A stretch of DNA of 64,000 nucleotides from Spirochaetia bacterium (lineage in GTDB: Bacteria > Spirochaetota > Spirochaetia > UBA9216), in assembly GCA_965140585.1 (NCBI GenBank), contig OZ223272.1:256001-320000 (forward strand), in the 5' to 3' direction. The translations under genes were made by a program, and so were the position numbers. Under the pieces are notes generated by a model that was not told the DNA's origin, searched no databases, and was given only the letters and a program-made list of their open reading frames with translations. Positions 29,417 through 39,653 of this stretch are shown one piece after another. How positions within the stretch are numbered: position 1 is the first letter of the stretch; each line of letters begins with the position of its first letter.

Positions 29417-32400
29417 ATGCCGGGATCAAGGGAATACCTACCACCGGAAATCAAGAAAGTGCACTCACGCACTAGACTTTTTAGGTTTTTCGAAGAAAAA
29501 CGAGTTATTTTTATCGAAGGCGCACCTGGTCAGGGAAAGACCACTGCCGCTATCGACTACATCAATTCCGAAGATAAAGAATGTATATGGAATACTCTCG
29601 ATGACTGGGACCTTGACTACAAGGTTTTCCTCGATTATCTGGAAAGCTATATCAGAGCGTTTACCGGCAATCCGGCGGATGACAAAGCGCCCTATCTGGT
29701 AAAAGAAGAGCGTGACATTCTTGAAGACGTAGAGGATTTCTGCGAGAGGGTCATAGATCTGATACCGGATGATCTCTTCATTGTCTTTGATAAATACGAG
29801 GTTGTAAACAGCAATCAGGAAGTATCGACCGCTTTTGAGCACCTGCTTGATATGCTGATAGAGAAAGCCAGAATAATAATACTTACCAGGGAAGCTCCCG
29901 AACTTTCTCTGGCTCACATCCGCTCACGTAAAGAACTGACCGAACTGAAAAACCGGGATCTGGCATTCAGCCGTGAAGAAATTCGCGATCTGCTGTACAG
30001 CGTTTACGACATGAGTTTTGATTCAATAGTTCTAGACCGGCTTCTTGAAGTAACCGACGGATGGATCACAGGAATCATCTTTCTGATGGAAAAACTCTGT
30101 ACCCTTAACAGAAAAGAAGGGGAAGCTCTGCTTGAGAATTTCCTGCATGATAAGGGAACTCCGGAACTTGATGACTTTTTTGAATCACAGGTTCTTGCAA
30201 GACTTGATGATGATCTTATTCCGCAGCTGTATAAGCTCAGCTGCGTTCATGAGTTTACGCCTGAACTGGTTGAAGCTCTTACCGGCGTCAGCGGGCTCGA
30301 TTTCATAGAGATGCTGCAGAATAAAAACCTGTTCGTCTGGAGTGATGAACCCATAAAATACATGTATGGATTCAATCCGCTGTTTCAAACCTATCTGAAA
30401 TATGAATTCGATGAAATGCCTGAGGATGACAGACGGCAGACGCTTATCGATGCCGCGGCTTACTATAAAGAAGAGGAAGACGATCCTTATACACCGATTA
30501 TGTATCTGGCGGAAGCAGGCGAACTTGAACGCGCAAAAACCGAACTTATTGAACTGTCCGAAGAACTTATAAAAAACAACGAGCATGAAGCCATACACGA
30601 GGTACTTAATTACTTTCCCGAAGAAATGAGAGAGGAAGACCCCTATCTGGCCTATTATGAAGCAGTTGTTAAAAACCTGATGCAGCCGGAAACCTCAAGA
30701 AAAAAACTGCTGAAGCTGCTATACGTATTCAGAAGCATGGGCGAGCACAACAAGGAAGCGTCCATATACGCAGTACTTCTGACCAACTATTTCTTCTTCC
30801 AGACAAACGCCGAGACAGTCGGGAATATAATCAATATGGCGGAAGACTTCCTTATAACCAGCGGAAGTCAGATAAACCAGGACCAGAAGGAACTGCTTGA
30901 AGCTCTTATCCCTCTCGGACAATGGTGGAGTGGAGCTTCACGGGAAAAAGCATTTGAAATTGCACTCCGGGCAGAGGAAATGTCCAATAAGATCAACAAT
31001 GAAGAGGCTTTTCTCTGTTCACGGCTTGTTCTGTCAAAGATATACATATCCAGAGGTGAATTTGACCAGGCCATGGGACTGCTTGAAAACACCGAAAAGA
31101 TGTTTTCAGAGGGAACACTTCACCTGTATAAATACTACAACAGCCTGCTGAGCTTTTATATGGGAGACATTTTCTTCTATAAAGGGGAAATTCCCGCAGC
31201 TATCAACAGAATACACAAAGCCATATCAAGCTCCGGCAAAGATTTTGCATTCAGGCCCTATCTGTATCTGAATCTGGTTTTCTATAATCTTTATACACAT
31301 AACACCGAGAAAGCTGACAGCCATTATGCACACCTCAAAGACAGTGATACAGGTGAAAACCTTTATCTTCTCTATAATATCAACTTCCTGTTTGAGATGC
31401 TCCTGGCCTACAGAAACAATAATGTCCACCGAACTGAATACTACTGCAACCGGCTTATGGAAAAAGAGAATGAAAAGCTTCTGAATGCAGATTTCCCATT
31501 CAGTCATATAGCCCTGGCAGAGGTGAGCATTTTCGCCGGAAACGGACAGAAAAGCAGAAAAATCCTCAGCAAACTCCTGCAGAAAATCAACAGCAGTAAT
31601 GCCCCCTATTCATTTGCAACGGCAAAAGCCCTGCTGGGTTATATCTGCAGTAAGGAAGGCGATCCTTCCGGGGCTGATGAGCATTTCAGAGAAATGGAAG
31701 ATGTCATCTTAAAACGGAAATACACAAACCTTGACGTCTGCTCTCCGGAGCTGCTCAAGGAAATCTCCGAACTCAGCGGACACAGGGCCTTCGAAAATTT
31801 TCCGAGACTGAAGGATGAAAAGCAGTTTGAGGAGCTTTCAAATACCCAGTATGACCTTGAGATTGAAACGCTTGGAAGCTTCAAGGTTTTTGTTTTCGGG
31901 AAAGAAATATCGGCCGATTTGCTCGGCGGACAGAAAAGGGTAATGGATCTGCTGAAACTTCTGGTGGTTTACCGTAAAAACGGAGTTATGAAGGAACGTC
32001 TGTATGAGCTTTTCTGGCCGCGCTATTCCTATAAGAGTGCCAGAGACAACCTTAATACCATCATCTACCGCCTTCGTAAACTGCTCAACGATAAAACTGA
32101 TTTCCTGTCCACCGATGTGAACTCCATTAGGTTCAAGGAAAACACTGCAATCACCGATGTTGACCGCTTCCTTGAATACATAGAGATGGGAGCAGATGCA
32201 GAAAAGAAGAACAACTTTGATCATGCCATAATAATGTACAAATCGGCCATCGAGACGTATAAGGGTGATTTTCTTGAAAGCGACCTTTACTACGACTTTA
32301 TCCGTGATGAAAGGGAAAACCTTAAAAGCCGTTACCGGAACCTTCTTTTCAAGATGACAATACTTTCTATCAACACCGCCGGCTTCAGAGAGGCTCTTGA

Positions 32401-32641
32401 GTGGGCAAAGATTCTAATTGATGCCGATCCGCTCTGTGAACCGGCCTATCGACTGCTGATGATCGCAAGCGCTGCAGTCGGAAACAGAAGCGAAATACCC
32501 AGATTATTCGACAAACTTAATAAGAAACTACAGACCTACTACAAGGTTACAGCCGATGAAAAAACAGTGAACCTTAAAGATCGGCTTCTTTCCGGCGAAA
32601 AACCGGATGAATCAATGTGGAAGGATGAAACAATAATTTAA
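29417..32641 (+). CDS. MalT-like STAND ATPase regulator with TPR region and C-terminal winged-helix/BTAD domains
   Basis: Walker A GAPGQGKTT; DLAFSREE..TDGWITG; TLGSF..LFWP..ARDNL..IYRLRK; YKGDFL; DPLCEPAYRLLM. Confidence 0.85.
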   Translation: MPGSREYLPPEIKKVHSRTRLFRFFEEKRVIFIEGAPGQGKTTAAIDYINSEDKECIWNTLDDWDLDYKVFLDYLESYIRAFTGNPADDKAPYLVKEERDILEDVEDFCERVIDLIPDDLFIVFDKYEVVNSNQEVSTAFEHLLDMLIEKARIIILTREAPELSLAHIRSRKELTELKNRDLAFSREEIRDLLYSVYDMSFDSIVLDRLLEVTDGWITGIIFLMEKLCTLNRKEGEALLENFLHDKGTPELDDFFESQVLARLDDDLIPQLYKLSCVHEFTPELVEALTGVSGLDFIEMLQNKNLFVWSDEPIKYMYGFNPLFQTYLKYEFDEMPEDDRRQTLIDAAAYYKEEEDDPYTPIMYLAEAGELERAKTELIELSEELIKNNEHEAIHEVLNYFPEEMREEDPYLAYYEAVVKNLMQPETSRKKLLKLLYVFRSMGEHNKEASIYAVLLTNYFFFQTNAETVGNIINMAEDFLITSGSQINQDQKELLEALIPLGQWWSGASREKAFEIALRAEEMSNKINNEEAFLCSRLVLSKIYISRGEFDQAMGLLENTEKMFSEGTLHLYKYYNSLLSFYMGDIFFYKGEIPAAINRIHKAISSSGKDFAFRPYLYLNLVFYNLYTHNTEKADSHYAHLKDSDTGENLYLLYNINFLFEMLLAYRNNNVHRTEYYCNRLMEKENEKLLNADFPFSHIALAEVSIFAGNGQKSRKILSKLLQKINSSNAPYSFATAKALLGYICSKEGDPSGADEHFREMEDVILKRKYTNLDVCSPELLKEISELSGHRAFENFPRLKDEKQFEELSNTQYDLEIETLGSFKVFVFGKEISADLLGGQKRVMDLLKLLVVYRKNGVMKERLYELFWPRYSYKSARDNLNTIIYRLRKLLNDKTDFLSTDVNSIRFKENTAITDVDRFLEYIEMGADAEKKNNFDHAIIMYKSAIETYKGDFLESDLYYDFIRDERENLKSRYRNLLFKMTILSINTAGFREALEWAKILIDADPLCEPAYRLLMIASAAVGNRSEIPRLFDKLNKKLQTYYKVTADEKTVNLKDRLLSGEKPDESMWKDETII

Positions 32642-32661
32642 AACTGCTGTACAGGGAACAG

Positions 32662-34653
32662 TTACAGGCCGGCCAGCTTCTTCTTGAGGTCACGGACTGT
32701 TCCCTGCTTCAGAGTCAGTCGCTGCTTTAGCTCGGTTATAAATGTATTTGAATTTTCATCTCCCCGGACTTCGATAAAATCAGCCTTCCTGACTGTAACA
32801 TCACCGTCAATACCGAAACCTACCATAGCGGTACCGTTAAATTCCTTTCGGGCATCTTCACAGCGCATGTTATCCATGGTTTCAACAGCATCAAGCCAGT
32901 CATCAAGAAAAGAAGAAATATCAGAAGCAGTCAGTTCCGTATAGGGTTTACCGTAACGCTGTTCAAGCTGCTCGGTATTCCAGGCAAGCTCATATGAGGC
33001 ATAATTCTCATAAATCTGCTTGAAGCCCTGCCCCACCTCGTTCAACTCTTTTAATTCACCCTTCTCAATCCTTCCATACAGCTCCTCAAGCGCAGCTTCA
33101 GGTGCAATCATTCCTGAGAGATCAAGCCACTTCGACTTACCCAGAGGATTTCCTGAGCCCAGAAGCTTTCTGAGATCATCAATACTGCTGTATTCATTGA
33201 ATCGAAGCAGGGTTACAAGCGCATTTCCAACAAACCTTGTAATACCAAGCTCGTAATAATCGATCCCCCTGGCAAGAGATGTGCGTGCAATTCTTACACC
33301 GTTATGGTAGTACTTCTGGGTTGAATGTCCCGAGCTTTCTCTGAGATTTTCCAGCAGATATTTACCGCTTATCATCTTCTGCACCGTATAGGGTGTAAGC
33401 AGATGAAATGTAATGTTATCAAGAATATCAGTATCAATTCTCTGATCGCGTCTGGGCCACTTTTTGGAGTCGCGGATAGTTCCGACACTCTTTATATTTA
33501 CCCCGGGAACAAGGACGCTTTCATCGTCATCTTCAAGAAGGTAGCTGAACGGAAAATCTGAGGTATCCGGATTTGCAGTATGTCTTCCCATTACAAGAGT
33601 AAAGGCTCCGATTCTTGCCGGGAAAAGGATATACGAATTGGATGTGGTTTTCGTCCCTCTTTCCAGAATCCCCTGATGCACAGGTCCCAGCTTGTAGAGG
33701 TGATTGCTCTGGTTTGAGGCCGAACCGGCGTTCATAAAAGAGTAAAACCCTGCAATAAGCAGTGTACTTTTGTGATGGGTAACAGTATAGGGCCCGGCAA
33801 AAACAGAACAGGCCTCACCGTGAAAACCTCCGCAGTTTGCAAAAAATACAGAGTTCTCGGCTGAATACTGTTTTGAAAGCTCAGTAGCCTGCCCGATGAA
33901 ACATTTGTCCAGAATTACACCGTCCGTCACGCTGCAGCCGGAAGCCATAATAAAATCATCAGCTATTACACCGGCGCCGACGGTTGTCGGAGCGGTTTTA
34001 TTACTGTTCACCGTTCCGTTGTTAAGTCTCACTATCCCGTAAAGCTCGGCATACTCACCGACCTTGACATTACGGATATTTCCGCAGTTGGAAATCTTTG
34101 AGCCCCGGCCGATTATTCCGGTATGGGAAGTAACCTTTTTCGAATAATCATCAATGAGCGTCCGCAGCCCGTCAATCAGTTTTATCCTGTGACGGTAGAA
34201 GGCAATTACATAGGCCTCATGAGCCGAGAGTCGGTCATATATGGGAACTTCCCTGCCGCCGGCTTCGTTTATGACAGAAGCCCTTACCCCGTTTCCAAAG
34301 GATGAGTCTTCTGTAACTTCCAGGGTATTAACATCATCAATAATAACATCACTTTCAATTATATAGTTTGATATATAATTAGAGACATTGCGTATATACA
34401 CATTGTCTTTGATGACACAATTATGAAGCACAGAATTATAAACCCCGCTGGTTCTGATAATTCCGCTGGTGGTCTCAAACTTCTTTTCCATCAAGCCGAG
34501 CCTGATGTCGCCGTGAAATATTGTGTGCTTGAATCTCTGCGGATCGAAGCCGTTTTCCGAAGCAAGGACTCGTTCCCACTCTTCAGAAGAGCAGCCTCGC
34601 TCCTCCATTATCCTAATTTCTTCTTTTGTCAGCTTTCGGTATGATTCAGGCAC
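32662..34653 (-). CDS. DUF4954-family protein (left-handed beta-helix, GlmU-like repeats)
   Basis: YRKLT..GC..W start; FGNG..VINEAGGREV; GEACSVFAGPYTVTHHKSTLLI; NQSNHLYKLGP.HQG. Confidence 0.8.
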   Translation of the reverse strand: MPESYRKLTKEEIRIMEERGCSSEEWERVLASENGFDPQRFKHTIFHGDIRLGLMEKKFETTSGIIRTSGVYNSVLHNCVIKDNVYIRNVSNYISNYIIESDVIIDDVNTLEVTEDSSFGNGVRASVINEAGGREVPIYDRLSAHEAYVIAFYRHRIKLIDGLRTLIDDYSKKVTSHTGIIGRGSKISNCGNIRNVKVGEYAELYGIVRLNNGTVNSNKTAPTTVGAGVIADDFIMASGCSVTDGVILDKCFIGQATELSKQYSAENSVFFANCGGFHGEACSVFAGPYTVTHHKSTLLIAGFYSFMNAGSASNQSNHLYKLGPVHQGILERGTKTTSNSYILFPARIGAFTLVMGRHTANPDTSDFPFSYLLEDDDESVLVPGVNIKSVGTIRDSKKWPRRDQRIDTDILDNITFHLLTPYTVQKMISGKYLLENLRESSGHSTQKYYHNGVRIARTSLARGIDYYELGITRFVGNALVTLLRFNEYSSIDDLRKLLGSGNPLGKSKWLDLSGMIAPEAALEELYGRIEKGELKELNEVGQGFKQIYENYASYELAWNTEQLEQRYGKPYTELTASDISSFLDDWLDAVETMDNMRCEDARKEFNGTAMVGFGIDGDVTVRKADFIEVRGDENSNTFITELKQRLTLKQGTVRDLKKKLAGL

Positions 34654-34737
34654 AGGAAACCTCTATATTTATTTATTCTAAGTTTAATTAATAGCATTGA
34701 AGTCAGCAGATATCAATAATTATCTGATTTAAGAGAA

Positions 34738-35838
34738 TCAGATGTATTCATCCCCGAAGCTCTTTTCAACCTCATCATAGAGATTTTTAATATCCTGTGC
34801 CCTATCTTTGGGACATACAAGGGTAGCCTTTTTTGTCCTGATAATAATCATATCCTCAAGGCCTATCCCGGTTATAAGATGCTCAGGATCATCGGAAACT
34901 GCAAGAACACCGCGACAGTCTGTGAAAACAGATTGCGCTGATGAGCTGCGGTTATCATCCGCATCAGCTTCACAGGTTTCTGCATAAGAGGGCCAGGAAC
35001 CTATATCAAGCCAGCTTAGCGGCATGGGCACGGCAGCAATAGTCATATCAGGATCTGCTGATGCAGGTTCCATTACAGCAAAATCCACACTTATTTTTTT
35101 CAGTTCAGGATAAATCCTGCTGATAACTGAATCAAAATCCTGTGTACCGTATGCCTCTCCGAGTTCGGTAATCCGGCTGTAAATTTCAGGTTCGTATTTT
35201 TTTACACAGTTCAGAAGAGTTGAGGCCTTCCATACAAACATTCCGCTGTTCCAGAGGTATGATTCAGGTCCGGCGGCAATGTAGGAAGCAGCAGTTTCAA
35301 GATCAGGTTTTTCCTTGAATCTTTTAAGCGTCTTTGCAGTTGAAGAGCCCTGAAGATTTTCTCCAAGTTCAAGGTATCCAAACCCGGTTGCAGGATGATC
35401 CGGAGTAATACCGAAGGTTACCAGGGTATTGTCGGAACTCTCTGCAATCCGGTAACCCTCTTCAACTATCTCACGGAATTTATCTTCGGGCTGAATGATA
35501 TGATCTGCAGTAAAAACACCTATTACCGCATCTTTATCCAGTTTATGTATGACGGCAGCACTATAGGCAAGAGCGTTCAGGGTGTCGCGTCCGACAGGCT
35601 CTCCGATAAAACGTCCGGCTCCCATCCCGGGAATCCTTGATATAATCATATCCATATGCGCGCTTCCGGCGCAGATAAATCTGTGATTATTCTCGACAAG
35701 ACCTTCAAGCCGCTCATAGGCAATCTGAAGGAGACTTTTTCCATTAACAAAGGGTATCAGCTGCTTTGGCTGTGAACCAGTACTCATAGGCCATAATCTT
35801 GTGCCCTTTCCGCCTGCTATAATTAGTGCATATCTCAT
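34738..35838 (-). CDS. manC: Mannose-1-phosphate guanylyltransferase
   Basis: IIAGGKGTRLWPMS..PKQL, EPVGRDT, ADH, FKEKPD, WNSGMF, SVDFAVME, WLDIGSW. Confidence 0.9.
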   Translation of the reverse strand: MRYALIIAGGKGTRLWPMSTGSQPKQLIPFVNGKSLLQIAYERLEGLVENNHRFICAGSAHMDMIISRIPGMGAGRFIGEPVGRDTLNALAYSAAVIHKLDKDAVIGVFTADHIIQPEDKFREIVEEGYRIAESSDNTLVTFGITPDHPATGFGYLELGENLQGSSTAKTLKRFKEKPDLETAASYIAAGPESYLWNSGMFVWKASTLLNCVKKYEPEIYSRITELGEAYGTQDFDSVISRIYPELKKISVDFAVMEPASADPDMTIAAVPMPLSWLDIGSWPSYAETCEADADDNRSSSAQSVFTDCRGVLAVSDDPEHLITGIGLEDMIIIRTKKATLVCPKDRAQDIKNLYDEVEKSFGDEYI

Positions 35839-35925
35839 TGTATGATGATAAAATAATTCTAATTTGATGTCAAACGCCGGCTGGACGCCGGTGAGGAAAG
35901 CTAAAATAATTAATAGGGGTACAAT

Positions 35926-36354
35926 ATGCTAAAAGGTATTTCACCGGTTATATCACCGGAACTTCTTAAAATTCTGCAGGAAATGGGTCACGGAGACACT
36001 ATAGTGATAGGAGATGCCAACTTTCCGTCCGCATCGATGGCTCAGAGACTTGTAAGAGCTGACGGGCACAGTGTTCCTGTCCTGCTTGAAGCTATACTGC
36101 AGCTATTTCCACTGGATACCTATGCTGAATATCAGGTAGGCCTTATGGAAGTAACACCGGGAGATCCTACAGTCCCCGTAATCTGGGATGAATACAAGAA
36201 GATAATTGCAAAACATGAAAATTTTGATGTCCAGTACGAGTATATAGAACGGTTTGAGTATTACGAGAGAGCAAAACAGGCATTCGCAGTACTCGCTAGT
36301 GGAGAAACCGCACTTTATGCAAATATCATACTGAAGAAGGGTGTAATTTCTTAA
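35926..36354 (+). CDS. fucU: L-fucose mutarotase (RbsD/FucU family)
   Basis: MLKGISPVISPELLK..MGHGD.IVIGDANFP..YANIILKKGV. Confidence 0.92.
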   Translation: MLKGISPVISPELLKILQEMGHGDTIVIGDANFPSASMAQRLVRADGHSVPVLLEAILQLFPLDTYAEYQVGLMEVTPGDPTVPVIWDEYKKIIAKHENFDVQYEYIERFEYYERAKQAFAVLASGETALYANIILKKGVIS

Positions 36355-36384
36355 AAATTATTACAAATATATTTTTATCGGTAT

Positions 36385-36413
36385 TTGACTTTTCATATGA
36401 TTTCCACTATACT
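36385..36413 (+). promoter_or_regulatory. Sigma70-type promoter
   Basis: TTGACT-17 bp-TATACT. Confidence 0.65.
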
Positions 36414-36461
36414 CCAGTATAAATAACCAACCTTTTATATCAGGTATGGAACTCAAAGGAG

Positions 36462-37373
36462 ATGCACATGAAGAAATTAGTATCAATCTTCATCGTTTTG
36501 GCCGTTCTGCTTACAGCTTCTGCAGTTTTTGCTGAAGGACAGCAGGAAGGCGCAGCTGCCGCTTACACAGACGGCGTATATTTTGCACAGGAAGACGCTT
36601 TTGCAGGTTCCGGCTACAAGTACTTTGTAGTTGTTACAGTAAACGGCGGAAAAATTACTGATGCATACTGGGGCGGAACAAACATTCAGCCAAACGGTGA
36701 CAAGAGAAGAATGTCAGAAAACAAACAGTACGGAATGGTTAAATTCGGTAAGGCTGCTTCATACTGGTACGAACAGGCTGAAGCTGCAGAGAAATGGCTT
36801 ATTGCAAACCAGAATCCGGCAGCAATGAAATATACAGATGACCATGGACATACAGATATGCTTAAAACCGACGGCGGTGCAGGTGTTTCAATCCATGTTG
36901 TTGAATTCTTTACTCTTGTTGAAAAAGCTCTTTCCAGTACAGCTGTACCGGCAGGAAACTTCAAGGCTAAAGATTATGTTGTAAATGTTAAACTTCCTGC
37001 TGGAAACACAGGTTGGGCAACAGCAGCAGACTTCATTGTTGCAAACGGAACTATTGTTGATGTTAACTACAACTCAGTTTACTCAAACAAGCCCGCTGCA
37101 GACGGTAAAGATGCAGCTTACTTCGGAAAAGATGCAAATGGAAAAGTTGATGCAAACGCTCCGTTATCCAAGGACCAGATCGGCGAAGTCTACGGCATGA
37201 AGAAAGCAGGTTCACAGTTCGAGTGGAACGAGCAGGCTGCCAAGGTTGAGGATTACATCCTTAAAAACCAGGCAATCATGGCTGTGAATGCAGACGGTAA
37301 AACTGATGCGATTGCAGGCGTAAGCGTTCATGTTAACGAATTCGTAGAGATTTTCAACAAAGCTTTTAAATAA
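36462..37373 (+). CDS. Secreted protein with two FMN-binding (flavinylation-type) domains
   Basis: Signal peptide; YTDGVY..VTVNGGKITD; repeated YGM..W.EQA..E..L..Q..D..AGVS.HV.EF. Confidence 0.75.
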   Translation: MHMKKLVSIFIVLAVLLTASAVFAEGQQEGAAAAYTDGVYFAQEDAFAGSGYKYFVVVTVNGGKITDAYWGGTNIQPNGDKRRMSENKQYGMVKFGKAASYWYEQAEAAEKWLIANQNPAAMKYTDDHGHTDMLKTDGGAGVSIHVVEFFTLVEKALSSTAVPAGNFKAKDYVVNVKLPAGNTGWATAADFIVANGTIVDVNYNSVYSNKPAADGKDAAYFGKDANGKVDANAPLSKDQIGEVYGMKKAGSQFEWNEQAAKVEDYILKNQAIMAVNADGKTDAIAGVSVHVNEFVEIFNKAFK

Positions 37374-37396
37374 GCTGACTTTACAAGTTATTCACA

Positions 37397-37434
37397 GGGC
37401 AGATCAGCAGATAATTCTGATCTGCCCTTTTTTT
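37397..37434 (+). terminator. Rho-independent terminator
   Basis: GGGCAGATCAG...CTGATCTGCCC-T7. Confidence 0.85.
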
Positions 37435-37460
37435 ATCCTGTCACCGCTTCCGCTTTTCAC

Positions 37461-38435
37461 TCAAAACCGCTTTACATAGGCATGACAGTATGGGGCTTTT
37501 CCGTTATTAAGGTAATAGTCCTGATGGTAGTCCTCGGCCGGCCAGAAAGCTCCGGAAGGCTCAAGCTCCGTTGCAACAGCGTATCCCTTTTCAGTCAGAA
37601 TGTTTATCAGCTCCTGTGCAGCTGCTTTCTGGGTCTCATTTTCATAAAAAACCCTTGAAAGATACTGCTCGCCAATGTCCGGCCCCTGACCATTAGTCTG
37701 TTCAGGATCATGAATTTCAAAAAACAGCGTTGCAAGTTCTCGGTATGTGACCACATCAGGATCATAGAGGACCTCAATTGCTTCTACATGTCCTGTATCG
37801 GTATAACAGACCTCCTTATAAGTAGGAAACGCCTTATGACCGCCTGTATAGCCTACGGTTGTACCGATAACACCTTCAAGTCTGTTGAAGTAGTGTTCAA
37901 CTCCCCAGAAACAGCCGCCGGCGAATACTGCACGGCCGGTCTCACCTTCAGCTGGAATAAAATCCATAGAGAGAGAATTGACGCAGTGTCTGGTATTTTT
38001 TTCTGTAAAGCCTTCTCCTGTAAAAACATGGCCCAGGTGAGCCCCGCATTCCGCACACAGAATCTCGGTCCGGCTGCCGTCTGCATCGGTCTGCCGCCGA
38101 ACTGCGCCATCAATATCATCATCAAAACTCGGCCAGCCGCAGCCGGAATCGAATTTCGTAACCGATTCATAAAGCGGAGTCCTGCAGCGCCTGCAGACAT
38201 ATGTACCGGTCTCATGATAATCCCAGAACTCGCCTGTAAACGGCCGCTCCGTAGCCTTTTCCTCTATTACCCTGTATGAATTTATATCCAATCTGCTGTT
38301 AAGAAGATCTTTTGATTCACTGCTCACTATTACCTCCTCTGTGTTTTCCGGTGTTCCAGATGAGAATACCGGAAAAACCGCAAGAAAAAACAAACCAAGG
38401 GATGTTACTGCCCTAAAGTATTTATTTGATTTCAT
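37461..38435 (-). CDS. msrAB: Bifunctional methionine sulfoxide reductase (MsrB-MsrA order) with signal peptide
   Basis: TERPFTG, SGCGWPSF, HLGHVF, RHCVNS; AGGCFWG, AEDYHQDY, PYCH. Confidence 0.95.
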   Translation of the reverse strand: MKSNKYFRAVTSLGLFFLAVFPVFSSGTPENTEEVIVSSESKDLLNSRLDINSYRVIEEKATERPFTGEFWDYHETGTYVCRRCRTPLYESVTKFDSGCGWPSFDDDIDGAVRRQTDADGSRTEILCAECGAHLGHVFTGEGFTEKNTRHCVNSLSMDFIPAEGETGRAVFAGGCFWGVEHYFNRLEGVIGTTVGYTGGHKAFPTYKEVCYTDTGHVEAIEVLYDPDVVTYRELATLFFEIHDPEQTNGQGPDIGEQYLSRVFYENETQKAAAQELINILTEKGYAVATELEPSGAFWPAEDYHQDYYLNNGKAPYCHAYVKRF

Positions 38436-38548
38436 ATTAGTAATTTACTAAGGTATTCACTTCAGGAAAAGAAAAAACCATCATAATGTATAAACGCATT
38501 ATTTTTTTCACTATTCATTTTTAACATCATAATTGCTATAATTGAAGG

Positions 38549-39364
38549 ATGAAGAAGCTTTCAATAATTCTGCTGCCCCTGATTATCGCACTGACATCCT
38601 GTATGTCATTTAACGATTTCTGGAACCAGTCCTCAAAACAGTACAAATCAGAATCTCCGATAAATTTCTCATCCTCCGATATATGTGAAGCGGTTAACAC
38701 CTATCCGAGAAACGGCAACCCGGTGTTTTTCGCATCAGTTCAGAGAATGAGCAACAGGGAGCTTGAAGAAGAGGCAGCGCTGCGGAAGGCGGCAGATCAG
38801 GCATCACGTTATTATTCAGTTAATGTTGTGTCTAAATTCTACAGCGAAAAGGTGAATACATCGTTCAGATACATGGACGATCTTGATGCTTCATGGGATT
38901 TGAACCTTTCCGGGTCGCTTTATGAAGATCTCAGTATTATTGAAAGCTGGCAGGACAATTATGGAAGCTATGTACTTGCAGAACTTCAGGGACATGCACC
39001 TCCTGTAATTATATCGCCCAGATCTGCAGACAAAGAACCTTCATGGATTAACAATACTCCGGAAATTCCCGGATATATCACAAGTGTTGGAATAACACTG
39101 CAGAAAGGCTACGTGGCCGACTCGTTTGAAGCTGCTGAAGAGCAGGCTCTTGCCCAGATGGCTAAACAGATCTCAATCAGTGTATCAAACGGACAGGTAA
39201 AACTTGAAAACTCTATTGGAACCGTAACGACACAGAGTAATCTTGAAATAGCCGAGGCCAGCATACAGGGTTTTTACATCCTGGACCGCTGGCGAACTCC
39301 CGACAGCAGATACTACTACGCTCTGGCCGTCTGTCCTGCAGATAAAAACAGGTCAGATGACTGA
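38549..39364 (+). CDS. LPP20-type lipoprotein
   Basis: Lipobox LTSC; EPSWI..SVG..AEEQALAQMAKQI. Confidence 0.7.
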   Translation: MKKLSIILLPLIIALTSCMSFNDFWNQSSKQYKSESPINFSSSDICEAVNTYPRNGNPVFFASVQRMSNRELEEEAALRKAADQASRYYSVNVVSKFYSEKVNTSFRYMDDLDASWDLNLSGSLYEDLSIIESWQDNYGSYVLAELQGHAPPVIISPRSADKEPSWINNTPEIPGYITSVGITLQKGYVADSFEAAEEQALAQMAKQISISVSNGQVKLENSIGTVTTQSNLEIAEASIQGFYILDRWRTPDSRYYYALAVCPADKNRSDD

Positions 39365-39653
39365 GTTTTCAAAAGCAGTAATTTGTATAATAAGCGCAAT
39401 TCCCGAAGGCCGTGTTGAGACCTATGGAAGCATAGCCGTAAAGGCAGGAAATCCCAGGGCGGCAAGGCAGGTATCAAGACTTCTGCACAGTTCAAGCGGG
39501 AAACACGGCCTGCCCTGGCACAGAGTGATAAACTCAGGCGGCAGGATTTCTCTTACCGGCAGCGGAGCCGACCTGCAGAGGCAGCTTCTTGAAAGCGAAG
39601 GCGTAATTTTCGACAAAAGCGGGAAGGTGGATTTGGAGATATTTTGTGAATAA
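39357..39653 (+). CDS. Alkyltransferase-like (MGMT/Atl family) protein
   Basis: IPEGRVETYG..ARQV..PWHRVIN (Trp in place of the catalytic Cys). Confidence 0.9.
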   Translation: MTEFSKAVICIISAIPEGRVETYGSIAVKAGNPRAARQVSRLLHSSSGKHGLPWHRVINSGGRISLTGSGADLQRQLLESEGVIFDKSGKVDLEIFCE

